This document shows, piece by piece, positions 20,275 to 28,798 of a stretch of DNA of 64,000 nt (positions are counted from its first letter, which is position 1; each line of letters begins with the position of its first letter). Source of the stretch: an uncultured SAR86 cluster bacterium (GTDB lineage Bacteria; Pseudomonadota; Gammaproteobacteria; Magnimaribacterales; AG-339-G14); NCBI GenBank assembly GCA_902514645.1, contig CABXRO010000004.1, positions 474 through 64,473 on the forward strand. The letters run 5' to 3'. The notes beneath the pieces are model-generated. The model did not search any database and was not told where the DNA came from. It saw only the letters and a list, made by a program, of their open reading frames with translations. Position numbers and translations under genes: made by a program.

Positions 20275-20339
20275 ATTTAGACTTAAAGTATTACAAAGTT
20301 TTTGTTAAAGTTTTTCAACTACATACTTAAGGGGATTTT

Positions 20340-21551
20340 ATGGATACTGGTAATACCGCTTGGATTATAACCTCCACTGCGCTGGTTTTATTTATGACTT
20401 TGCCTGGACTTGCGCTTTTTTATGCAGGTCTTGTAAGAGCAAGCAACATTCTTTCAGTCTTAATGCATTGTTTTACGATTGCATGTATAAGCTCTCTTGC
20501 TTGGTTGGTGATAGCTTATAGTATAGCTTTTAGCGGTGATGCGCCTTATTTTGGAGATCTGGGAAATCTATTTTTAGCAAATCTATCTAGGGAAAGCATG
20601 TCTGGAGATATTCCAGAAAGTGTTTTTTTCATGTTCCAAATGACTTTTGCCATCATTACACCAGCTTTGATTGTTGGAGCTTATCCTGAAAGAATCAAAT
20701 TTAGTTTTGTTGCTGTCTTCTCTTTGTTATGGGTCATTTTAATTTATGCACCTGTAGTTCATTGGATTTGGGCAGAAGGAGGCTGGCTATATGAGATGGG
20801 GTTAAGAGACTTTGCCGGCGGTTTAGTAGTTCACCTTACCGCAGGAATAACAGCTCTAGTGATAGCCTATTTCTTAGGTCCAAGAGATGGATTCCCAAAT
20901 TCTGTTCAACCTCCTCACAATCCAGGACTTACGATGATGGGTGCATGTATGTTATGGGTGGGTTGGTTTGGCTTTAATGGCGGAAGTGCTCTAGCAGCAA
21001 ATGGAGATGCCGGGATGGCAATTTTAGTAACACATATCTCAGCTGCTACGGCAACAATTGTTTGGATTGTTATTGAGAAAATTAAATTTGGAAAGTCTTC
21101 TTTAGTAGGAGCAGTTACAGGTTGTATTGCAGGTTTAGCTTCTATCACTCCAGCAAGTGGCTCAGTAGGTCCGATGGGTGGCTTAGTCATAGGGTTAATT
21201 GCCGGTGGAGTTTGTTATTACATGGTCAACATCGTTAAGGAAACTTTTAATATAGATGACTCACTAGATGTTTTTGCCGTTCACGGAATTGGTGGGTTGT
21301 TAGGAATTTTGCTTATTCCATTTTTAACCGCAGAAAATTACGGCGGGATAGGATATGACGAAGGTTCAAGTTTTAGTGATTTAATGGCGACACAGCTAAT
21401 TGGAGCAGTCAGTGTTGGTTTATTTACCTTGGCTGGCTCAGTGATTCTATTGCTTATCACTAGATCTATTTTTGGTTTGAGAGTTTCTGATGATTCTCAA
21501 GAAGAAGGTTTAGATGTTGCTGAGCACGGTCAGTCTGGATACAAACTCTAG
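20340..21551 (+). CDS. amtB: ammonium transporter
   Basis: 403 aa, about 11 TM. Amt signatures FAGGLVVHLTAG and DVFAVHGIGG. Confidence 0.9.
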   Translation: MDTGNTAWIITSTALVLFMTLPGLALFYAGLVRASNILSVLMHCFTIACISSLAWLVIAYSIAFSGDAPYFGDLGNLFLANLSRESMSGDIPESVFFMFQMTFAIITPALIVGAYPERIKFSFVAVFSLLWVILIYAPVVHWIWAEGGWLYEMGLRDFAGGLVVHLTAGITALVIAYFLGPRDGFPNSVQPPHNPGLTMMGACMLWVGWFGFNGGSALAANGDAGMAILVTHISAATATIVWIVIEKIKFGKSSLVGAVTGCIAGLASITPASGSVGPMGGLVIGLIAGGVCYYMVNIVKETFNIDDSLDVFAVHGIGGLLGILLIPFLTAENYGGIGYDEGSSFSDLMATQLIGAVSVGLFTLAGSVILLLITRSIFGLRVSDDSQEEGLDVAEHGQSGYKL

Positions 21552-21567
21552 ACGCATATAATCCAAT

Positions 21568-21792
21568 ATGAATTCTGGGATATTTATTTTAGGCGGAATA
21601 ACTTTCATAACTGCTTTTGTGCTTTTTAAAATCACTGCTTTTATATATTTATTGCAGGATATCAAAGAAGGAAAAGAAAGATCTTGGTTAAAGCTTTTTC
21701 AAGTATTTGTTGTTGACCTAATAATACTTATCGCTGGTGTTATTGGAACAGGTATACTTTTCATGACCCTACTTAAAATGGCTCATGGATAA
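21568..21792 (+). CDS. small two-TM membrane protein
   Basis: 74-aa ORF with two hydrophobic helices. It abuts the next gene (TAAATG). Confidence 0.4.
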   Translation: MNSGIFILGGITFITAFVLFKITAFIYLLQDIKEGKERSWLKLFQVFVVDLIILIAGVIGTGILFMTLLKMAHG

Positions 21793-22209
21793 ATGCAAAC
21801 TAAAATCACATTAGGGTATTTAGGCTTTCTGCCCTTTGCAGCCCTTACGATCCTGCCTTGGATTTTTGGAGAATTTTACGAAGAAATTTCTTTTCAATTA
21901 CTAATTGTATATGGAGGAATAATAATTTCTTTTTTATCAGGAATCATTTGGGGTATTGACTCAGCGAATCCAAGAAATTTAATCTCAGCCATAATCTTTT
22001 CGCTTTTAGGATTTGGAGCAATTTTATTGGCCTGGATAGATCTCATTTATGCAATGACTTTATTATTTTTCTTATTTTTTCTTTTCTACCTCTTAGAGTC
22101 CAAAATTAATCCTCAATTTACCAATCCTGACTACTTGAAGCTCAGAAAAAATCTAACTTCAGGAGTGTGTGGCTGTTATATGTTTTCAATTGTCATTTTG
22201 ATTTATTAA
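21793..22209 (+). CDS. DUF3429-like membrane protein
   Basis: LGYLGFLPF N-terminal motif, 4 TM, 138 aa. Confidence 0.55.
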   Translation: MQTKITLGYLGFLPFAALTILPWIFGEFYEEISFQLLIVYGGIIISFLSGIIWGIDSANPRNLISAIIFSLLGFGAILLAWIDLIYAMTLLFFLFFLFYLLESKINPQFTNPDYLKLRKNLTSGVCGCYMFSIVILIY

Positions 22210-22219
22210 ACTTAGACAA

Positions 22220-23266
22220 ATGAAGTGGTCAAAAGAAGAAGCAAACAATTGGTACAAAGAGCAGCCATGGCTAGTTGGTTGTAACTTTTTACCAAGTTCG
22301 GCAATCAATCAACTGGAGATGTTTCAAGGCAATACTTTTGATGATAAGACCATAGAAAGAGAGCTAGATTGGGCAAAAGAGCTAGGATTTAATTCATTGA
22401 GAGTCTATTTGCATGACTTGCTTTGGTCTGAAAAAGATAAATTTAGAAAAACCTTTGAAAAATTTTTAGATATTTGTGACAAAAGGAATATAAGGCCAAT
22501 TATTGTACTTTTTGACGATTGTCATAGGCCCTATCCAAAACTCGGCAAGCAGCCCTTACCTGTCAAAGGAGTTCATAACTCTGGTTGGAAGCAAAGTCCT
22601 GGTATGGAATTGGTGAAACAAGTTGATGAGGAAAAAATTGATACAAAGGAATTAAATAGGTTAAAAGAATTTGTCCAAGGCGTACTCAAAGAGTATTCAA
22701 GTGATGAAAGAATTTTAATTTGGGATATTTATAATGAACCAGGTCAATTTGGTATTGGCGATAAAGCTCTAAAGCTACTTCAATATACTTGGGAATGGGC
22801 TCATGAAGTTAGACCTTCTCAACCTCTAACTTCGTGTTTGGATGGCGCCATCGGTGATGAGATCTTGAAACTCAATGGTGAAAATTCAGATGTAATAACC
22901 TTCCATACTTATGAAGCGGAGAAACTAGAACCGACTATTGTAAGACTTAAAGAATTTGGAAGACCTTTGTTGTGTACCGAATATATGGCAAGAGAATTTG
23001 GTACAACTTTTGAATTCTCACTTCCCATATTTAAAAAAGAAAATGTCGGTGGTTATAACTGGGGTTTTGTAGCAGGGAAAAGCCAAACGCATTTTGGTTG
23101 GTCTACGATTTTAGAATTGCAAAAAAAGAAAGAGAATGGAGATTTTTTAAATAATAATGAAGGGATACCGGAACCCAAAGAATGGTTCCATGACATCTAT
23201 AGAATTGATGGCACTCCTTACGATGAAAAGGAAATAGATTTTATTAAAAAAACTATTTTAGGATAA
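22220..23266 (+). CDS. cytoplasmic clan GH-A (TIM-barrel) glycoside hydrolase-like protein
   Basis: Acid/base motif WDIYNEPG and a candidate nucleophile in LLCTEYMA. No signal peptide. Confidence 0.55.
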   Translation: MKWSKEEANNWYKEQPWLVGCNFLPSSAINQLEMFQGNTFDDKTIERELDWAKELGFNSLRVYLHDLLWSEKDKFRKTFEKFLDICDKRNIRPIIVLFDDCHRPYPKLGKQPLPVKGVHNSGWKQSPGMELVKQVDEEKIDTKELNRLKEFVQGVLKEYSSDERILIWDIYNEPGQFGIGDKALKLLQYTWEWAHEVRPSQPLTSCLDGAIGDEILKLNGENSDVITFHTYEAEKLEPTIVRLKEFGRPLLCTEYMAREFGTTFEFSLPIFKKENVGGYNWGFVAGKSQTHFGWSTILELQKKKENGDFLNNNEGIPEPKEWFHDIYRIDGTPYDEKEIDFIKKTILG

Positions 23267-23295
23267 AAAAAGGCGGGTTAATCCCGCCTTTTTTT
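23265..23295. terminator. bidirectional intrinsic terminator
   Basis: A-run, then GGCGGG (23272-23277), TTAAT loop, CCCGCC (23283-23288) and a T7 run, between convergent genes. Confidence 0.8.
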
Positions 23296-23325
23296 GAGTT
23301 TATATTTATGAAAAAAATCCCCTAA

Positions 23326-24039
23326 CTATTGTTTTGGCCATCCTTTTACAGGAATGACAACAGAGGTATTGATAACTTTTCTATTATTTCCTACCTTTCT
23401 TGAAAATTTAGCAAAATCTGGGGAAGTAGTTAAGGTCTGTTGATTGGCAGTTAAAGAATCAAAATCAGAGGCGCCAATGTAGACAAAATGCGTTGACTGA
23501 TCGTTTCCGGCAAAAGCGCGGTTAATTCCGTATGAACCATTTGCTGAACCTTGTGCTGATAATGAATCCATCATCTCTGTCCAGGCATCAATGTAAGCTG
23601 TCTCATTTTTTATAGTCACGTCATACCTTAAAAAGATAGAGTCCTTAGTCCAATCTCCAAACTCAGCAACAGGTAGGTTTAAAGAATTTCTCACCTGACT
23701 TGACGAAGATGCCATTGATTGAAGCATCGCAGCCGCTTCAGAGCAAGAATTCGCTAGTTGTCCCGCTTTTTGAAAATCGGCTCTGGTTTCAAAAGATAAG
23801 ATTAGAAAATGTGTTGCCGGCGAGGACCCGTTTATGGTTTCTGCCATTAGGGTCATATCAGCAGGAAATTTTTTCCCACATTCCGAGGATGCAAATTTAT
23901 CTATCGCTCCAACAATTGCAGGGGGATTAGATACTTGCATGAAATAAAAAGCATGCATTTCGTGTCTGCCTGTTTCTTCAGAAACTAAGGCAAAAGACAA
24001 TAAGAATGCAAATGCTAGATGCGTATATTTTTTTATCAT
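23326..24039 (-). CDS. exported protein of unknown function (paralogue of 18938..19675)
   Basis: Signal peptide. Shares motifs with the 245-aa protein (VSNPPAIVGAIDKF, ATHFLILS, AGNDQSTHFVYIG). Confidence 0.6.
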   Translation of the reverse strand: MIKKYTHLAFAFLLSFALVSEETGRHEMHAFYFMQVSNPPAIVGAIDKFASSECGKKFPADMTLMAETINGSSPATHFLILSFETRADFQKAGQLANSCSEAAAMLQSMASSSSQVRNSLNLPVAEFGDWTKDSIFLRYDVTIKNETAYIDAWTEMMDSLSAQGSANGSYGINRAFAGNDQSTHFVYIGASDFDSLTANQQTLTTSPDFAKFSRKVGNNRKVINTSVVIPVKGWPKQ

Positions 24040-24154
24040 TTTTTTCTCCTTAAAAAAATTTGGGTATTAAATATAGCAGATGTTTACTCCTGATTAGTAG
24101 CTTTAATCATTTCATGATGACAATGACGGAAATGAGATTTTGGTTTATAACTTT

Positions 24155-25498
24155 TTACAATTTCAAGCCATTAAAAACTATGAGGCTCCAAGCGCCGCTA
24201 TTTTCATAGTCACCTCCCACTACTCCTAGAATTCTAATAATTGCACTTATTTCTTTTGCTTGAGGTCCGTAAAAATATCCAATTATTTCTCCTGCAAAAT
24301 GGGCATTGGATATCGTCCCAGAAAAAGAGTTTTCACTAATCGTGCCTGTAATCGAAAAATTTTGAACAGGTGGATGTAATGGAGTGTAGTAAGCATTAGC
24401 ATTCTCAATAGTTAATTGGGTTATGCCGGTATTATTTAAAGAACTAATCGTGTAATGATTTTGTAGCGAGATAGTTCCTGAAATGGTTTTAGCTGCAAAG
24501 TCTACACTTATTAACTGTTGGTCTGATACTGAATAAATATAGGTATGAGAACAATCCGTATATGCAGGAGAATTTATTCCGCAATTGGTAGTTGTAGAGG
24601 CACCGATATCTAGATTTAAAAAATTATTAATTCCATAAATGCCAATACCTATTAAAGTGCCTCTATAAGAAGAAGAACCGTTTGCTGGCATGTCTGCTGA
24701 AACAGTTTTCCATCCATATATATGTCCAAATATGTCTGCATCATAATTGTTGTCTAGTGTAACAGTCTCACACGCTAAGAGATTATTGTTTGCATCAAAA
24801 AAGGCATTACATGAATCTGCATAGTTCATCTCATATAAGTCAGCTCCCGAATACTGGGTACCCGCAAGAACACTAATATAAGATGGGTTTGTTCTCTCGC
24901 TTATGCCAGTCTTTACAAAAACAGCTTCGAGTGAGGAATTGGTATCTTCTATCCCCCAAACTTGTGCTGAAAATCCAAAATTTGCAGATTGAGAGCCTGG
25001 AAAAGAATAATCCGTTTCTGCAGCTTCAAAAGGAGGGAAAGGAGTAATATTAGAAAGATTTAAAGTCATTGCAGAAGAGGAAACATCTGCACCTTGGCCA
25101 GTATTTCCACAAGTATCAAATCCGTTTTGTGCGCCAAAAGAAATAGAATACTCAATATTAAGAGGATTTAGAACAGCGCGATTGTAAGATGCAGAAGTGC
25201 TTGCCATTAAACACAAAGGGTCAAGATTAGTATTCTGGCGAATATGAAAAGCTTGAGCATCTTCTGATAATTGATTCTGAATTTGGGTTACTGATGCGAA
25301 AGAACCGGTTCCTAGCACGAATTGCTCCGAAGCAACATTGTAGTCTTGGCTATTATAATAAGAATAAACGGGTGGGATGTTTTCCGGAGTTGCTGGAGGG
25401 GTATCATCAATTTGTGGAGCAGGAGCAGGTGTAGATCCTCCACCACCTCCGCAAGATAAAAGAAGTAGGATGATTGTGATTTGGACCAGACTTTTAAT
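24155..25498 (-). CDS. lipoprotein with a TbpB/fHbp-like C-terminal beta-barrel signature; proposed ATT start
   Basis: The frame is open upstream of the tracked GTG (25318) and encodes IKSLVQITIILLLLSC-GGGGG-STPAPAP. AAGGAG (25510-25505) lies 6 nt before ATT (25498-25496). The C-terminus reads VDFAAKTISGTIS ... FSGTIS ... GYFYGPQAKEISA ... VFNGLK. Confidence 0.55.
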   Translation of the reverse strand: MKSLVQITIILLLLSCGGGGGSTPAPAPQIDDTPPATPENIPPVYSYYNSQDYNVASEQFVLGTGSFASVTQIQNQLSEDAQAFHIRQNTNLDPLCLMASTSASYNRAVLNPLNIEYSISFGAQNGFDTCGNTGQGADVSSSAMTLNLSNITPFPPFEAAETDYSFPGSQSANFGFSAQVWGIEDTNSSLEAVFVKTGISERTNPSYISVLAGTQYSGADLYEMNYADSCNAFFDANNNLLACETVTLDNNYDADIFGHIYGWKTVSADMPANGSSSYRGTLIGIGIYGINNFLNLDIGASTTTNCGINSPAYTDCSHTYIYSVSDQQLISVDFAAKTISGTISLQNHYTISSLNNTGITQLTIENANAYYTPLHPPVQNFSITGTISENSFSGTISNAHFAGEIIGYFYGPQAKEISAIIRILGVVGGDYENSGAWSLIVFNGLKL

Positions 25499-25550
25499 TT
25501 TTCTCTCCTTGAAAAAAACCCCTTTAAATATAACAAATATAAATTTGCTT

Positions 25551-26717
25551 TCAAGACTCAGAGAATTTTTTTACTTCTCGCCAAACCCTCAATAGATTTC
25601 CGCCAAAAACTTTTTCGATTTCGTCTTTAGTGTAATCTCTATTCAATAGTTCTCTAATCAAATTTGGATAAGTTGAAGTATCTTCTAAGCCAACAGGGAA
25701 GTTTCGCCAGCCATCATAATCTGAACCTATACCTACGTGATCTATCCCTACAAGTTTTTTTACTCGATCAATATGATCTGCAACATCTTTAACAGTCACG
25801 ACCAGATTAGGATATTTTTTCTTTTCAGCAATGAATTCTGATCCAAAGCAAATTTGAATGACTCCTCCGTTTTTTGCTAGTTCTCGTAACATGTCATCCG
25901 AAACATTTCTTTCAAATCCTGGAACAAAATGTCTTAGTGAGCTGTGTGAAGCAATGACCGGAGTTTTGGTTAATCTAAGAACTTCATAGAATGCTGCATC
26001 GGAAACATGACTGATATCAATCATCACTCCCTGTTTATTCATCTCAGCGACTACCTTTCTTCCGAAAGGGCTTAAGCCGCCCCAGTTTTTATTCTCATCA
26101 TATGAGGAATCTGAAATGTGATTGCTTTTCGAGTGCGCGAGAGTAATATAGTTAATACCCATATCGGAGAATAATTTTATATTCGAAAGCTTGCTTTCAA
26201 TTGGTGCTCCATTTTCCATACCATAAACAACCTGCATAATATTCTTTTCATTTTTAATTTCTTCCGGTGATTTAACCAGTCTAAATTTTTCTGGATTTTT
26301 ATTCATAATGTCTTCTAAGATCTCAATTAGATCCTTAGCCATCTTAAATGCTGTACCTTTTTCTTCTGCAGAAGGAGGAGTGAATATAACAAAAAAAGGT
26401 ACATTTAGACCTCCGCTTACAGCGCGGTCGAAATCAAAGTGTAAAGATGATGCTTTAGTAATATCTTCATATGATCCGTTTTTATTTTGCTGCATATATA
26501 ATTGAATTGGAGTATCTAAATGAGTGTCTATAATTAAAATTTCTTGAGCTAATTCTTGTGCTAAATCATTGATTTTGTCTCTTTCTCTTTTTTTATCCAT
26601 TAACTTTCTAGCCTTCATAACTTCTTGAAGGCGAGCTTGATAGTTTTTGTCTTGATAATCAGAAAAAAATGCTGGCGAAATGAGTAAAAAAGAAATTAAA
26701 GTGAAAAATTTAATCAT
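25551..26717 (-). CDS. membrane/periplasmic dipeptidase, peptidase family M19
   Basis: N-terminal anchor. IIDTHLDTP metal motif, ASHSS, and HVGIGSDYDG near the C-terminus. Confidence 0.8.
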   Translation of the reverse strand: MIKFFTLISFLLISPAFFSDYQDKNYQARLQEVMKARKLMDKKRERDKINDLAQELAQEILIIDTHLDTPIQLYMQQNKNGSYEDITKASSLHFDFDRAVSGGLNVPFFVIFTPPSAEEKGTAFKMAKDLIEILEDIMNKNPEKFRLVKSPEEIKNEKNIMQVVYGMENGAPIESKLSNIKLFSDMGINYITLAHSKSNHISDSSYDENKNWGGLSPFGRKVVAEMNKQGVMIDISHVSDAAFYEVLRLTKTPVIASHSSLRHFVPGFERNVSDDMLRELAKNGGVIQICFGSEFIAEKKKYPNLVVTVKDVADHIDRVKKLVGIDHVGIGSDYDGWRNFPVGLEDTSTYPNLIRELLNRDYTKDEIEKVFGGNLLRVWREVKKFSES

Positions 26718-26719
26718 AT

Positions 26720-28468
26720 TTAAGGAAGCCTTATTTGATCTACCATTTTCTCTACTTCAAATGGCGGTTTAGAAGAAAAAGCCGAACCAAAAACAGCTAT
26801 TATTAAATTAACAAACATGCCTAAAAAACCGATTCCTTCAGGTGAGATGCCAAATAACCAATTATCAGAATTATTCAATTCGGGAGATATAAATTTAAAG
26901 AAAATGATATAGCTAGACGTGAATAACAAACCGCCTAACATGCCAAAGATAGCTCCTTCCTTGTTTATTCTCTTGAAAAAAATTCCTAAAAATATAGCTG
27001 GAAATATTGTGGAGGCTGCCAAGCCAAAAGCAAATGCAACAACTTGAGCTACAAAACCAGGAGGGTAGATTCCAAAAAGTCCCGCTATAAAAATTGCAAT
27101 TGCTGCTGAACATCTTGCATAAAATAGCTCCTGTCTTTCGTTAATTTTGGGCATAAAAGTTTTCTTTAATAAATCGTGGGAAATCGATGAGGATATTACT
27201 AGAAGTAAGCCAGCTGCTGTAGATAAGGCAGCAGCTAAACCTCCAGCTGCTACTAAAGCCATTACCCACGCAGGTAATTTTGCAATCTCAGGATTAGCTA
27301 GCACCATAATATCTTGATCGATGTAAACCTCATTATCGTTATCTTTCGTAATAGGATTTTTTATTTTTCTCTCTCCCTGTGATCCTCTCGAATCTAGAAA
27401 ATCTGGACGACCCTCTCCAAATGCCTTCCCAGCTGAGTAATTTACCAACCCATCTTCGTTTTTATCTTTCCAAGCAATCAGGCCTATATTCTCCCAATTC
27501 TTAAACCAATCCGGCGAATCTAGATAACTTTTTTCTTGAATGGATTCAATGAAGTTTACTCTTGAAAAAGCAGCCACCGCAGGCGCAGTTGTATACAAAA
27601 TAGCTATACATATAAGAGCATACCCGGCTGACTTTCGAGCATCACTAACTTTTGGCACAGTGAAAAATCTTACAATGACATGTGGTAATCCAGCTGTACC
27701 AAACATTAAAGCAGCAGTGATACAAAAAATATCAATATTAGATTTAGTGCTTTCAGTGTATGCGTTAAAGCCTAAATCTACTGAAAGCTGATCCAATTTA
27801 TCCAAAAGATAGGTGGAACTGTTTACTAAAGTATCTCCGAATCCCAATTGAGGAACAGGATTTCCAGTTATCAAAATCGAAATGAATATTGCCGGAACAA
27901 GGTAGGCAAAAATCATCACACAGTACTGAGCAACTTGAGTATAGGTGATTCCTTTCATTCCGCCGAGTACTGCATAGAAAAAAACAACAATCATTCCAAT
28001 GATTACCCCAATATTTATCTCTACTTCCAAAAACCTTGAAAAGACTATTCCTACCCCTCTCATTTGTCCTGCAACATACGTGAAAGAAATAAAAATTAAA
28101 CAAAGTACTGCAACGAGACGAGCAGTTTTTGAGTAATAACGAGTGCCTATGAAATCTGGAACAGTATATTGACCAAATTTCCTTAAATACGGTGCCAACA
28201 ATAAAGCCAGTAAAACATATCCTCCAGTCCAGCCCATCAAATAAACTGCGCCATCTTTGCCGAGAAAAGAAATCAGACCTGCCATAGAAATGAAAGATGA
28301 TGCTGACATCCAATCGGCTGCAGTTGCCATTCCATTGGCAACTGGGTTTACGCCTTTTCCAGCAACATAAAAATCATTTGTAGATTCTGCTCGCGACCAA
28401 ATAGCAATAGCAATGTAGAGCATAAAAGAAAGTCCAACAAAAAAATAAGTTAATGCTTGGGCACTCAA
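26720..28468 (-). CDS. sodium:solute symporter large subunit (SSF family, VC_2705/ActP-like)
   Basis: 582 aa, about 13-14 TM. SSF-type sequence. 4-nt overlap with the DUF4212 small-subunit gene. Confidence 0.85.
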   Translation of the reverse strand: MSAQALTYFFVGLSFMLYIAIAIWSRAESTNDFYVAGKGVNPVANGMATAADWMSASSFISMAGLISFLGKDGAVYLMGWTGGYVLLALLLAPYLRKFGQYTVPDFIGTRYYSKTARLVAVLCLIFISFTYVAGQMRGVGIVFSRFLEVEINIGVIIGMIVVFFYAVLGGMKGITYTQVAQYCVMIFAYLVPAIFISILITGNPVPQLGFGDTLVNSSTYLLDKLDQLSVDLGFNAYTESTKSNIDIFCITAALMFGTAGLPHVIVRFFTVPKVSDARKSAGYALICIAILYTTAPAVAAFSRVNFIESIQEKSYLDSPDWFKNWENIGLIAWKDKNEDGLVNYSAGKAFGEGRPDFLDSRGSQGERKIKNPITKDNDNEVYIDQDIMVLANPEIAKLPAWVMALVAAGGLAAALSTAAGLLLVISSSISHDLLKKTFMPKINERQELFYARCSAAIAIFIAGLFGIYPPGFVAQVVAFAFGLAASTIFPAIFLGIFFKRINKEGAIFGMLGGLLFTSSYIIFFKFISPELNNSDNWLFGISPEGIGFLGMFVNLIIAVFGSAFSSKPPFEVEKMVDQIRLP

Positions 28469-28722
28469 TTTTTTTTCTCTTTATTATCGTTTAGTTTTTT
28501 TTCAATGTGATTCATGGCAAAGACATATGCAAAAATGAGGATTACAAATCCATAAATACTTCCTTGCTGAGCGAACCAAAATCCTAATTTAAATCCGCCT
28601 ATTGAAAATTGATCTAAAAAATCTGAAAGAATTATTCCAAATCCAAACCAAATCATCAGCCAGATTGATAAGAGAATAATTAATAGTCTTATGTTTGCTT
28701 TCCAATACTCTTTGTCAGTCAT
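28465..28722 (-). CDS. DUF4212 small subunit of the solute:sodium symporter
   Basis: 85 aa, two TM, YWKANIRL ... GFWFAQQGSIYGF pattern. Translationally coupled to the SSF gene. Confidence 0.75.
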   Translation of the reverse strand: MTDKEYWKANIRLLIILLSIWLMIWFGFGIILSDFLDQFSIGGFKLGFWFAQQGSIYGFVILIFAYVFAMNHIEKKLNDNKEKKN

Positions 28723-28798
28723 ATATTTTTTAAATTTCTTTTATAGGGTATTCTAGATTAAATAAGAAATATTTTTTTAAACTTATTATTGATTAGAT

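Noticed and set aside
25312-25595. Two tracked short ORFs (25312..25554 minus, 25377..25595 plus)
   Set aside because: Both lie over the region that, in a third frame, encodes a coherent lipoprotein signal peptide, lipobox and linker continuous with the 24155..25318 ORF. Their own translations are low-complexity with no features.
27798-28313. 171-aa alternative-frame ORF inside the symporter gene. Similar cases: 51327..51809 inside coxA, 29281..29796 antisense to the SDR gene, 33868..34239 antisense to the amine oxidase gene
   Set aside because: They are fully nested in genes with strong family signatures. Their translations are Cys/Arg/Phe-rich nonsense typical of off-frame reading of AT-rich DNA.
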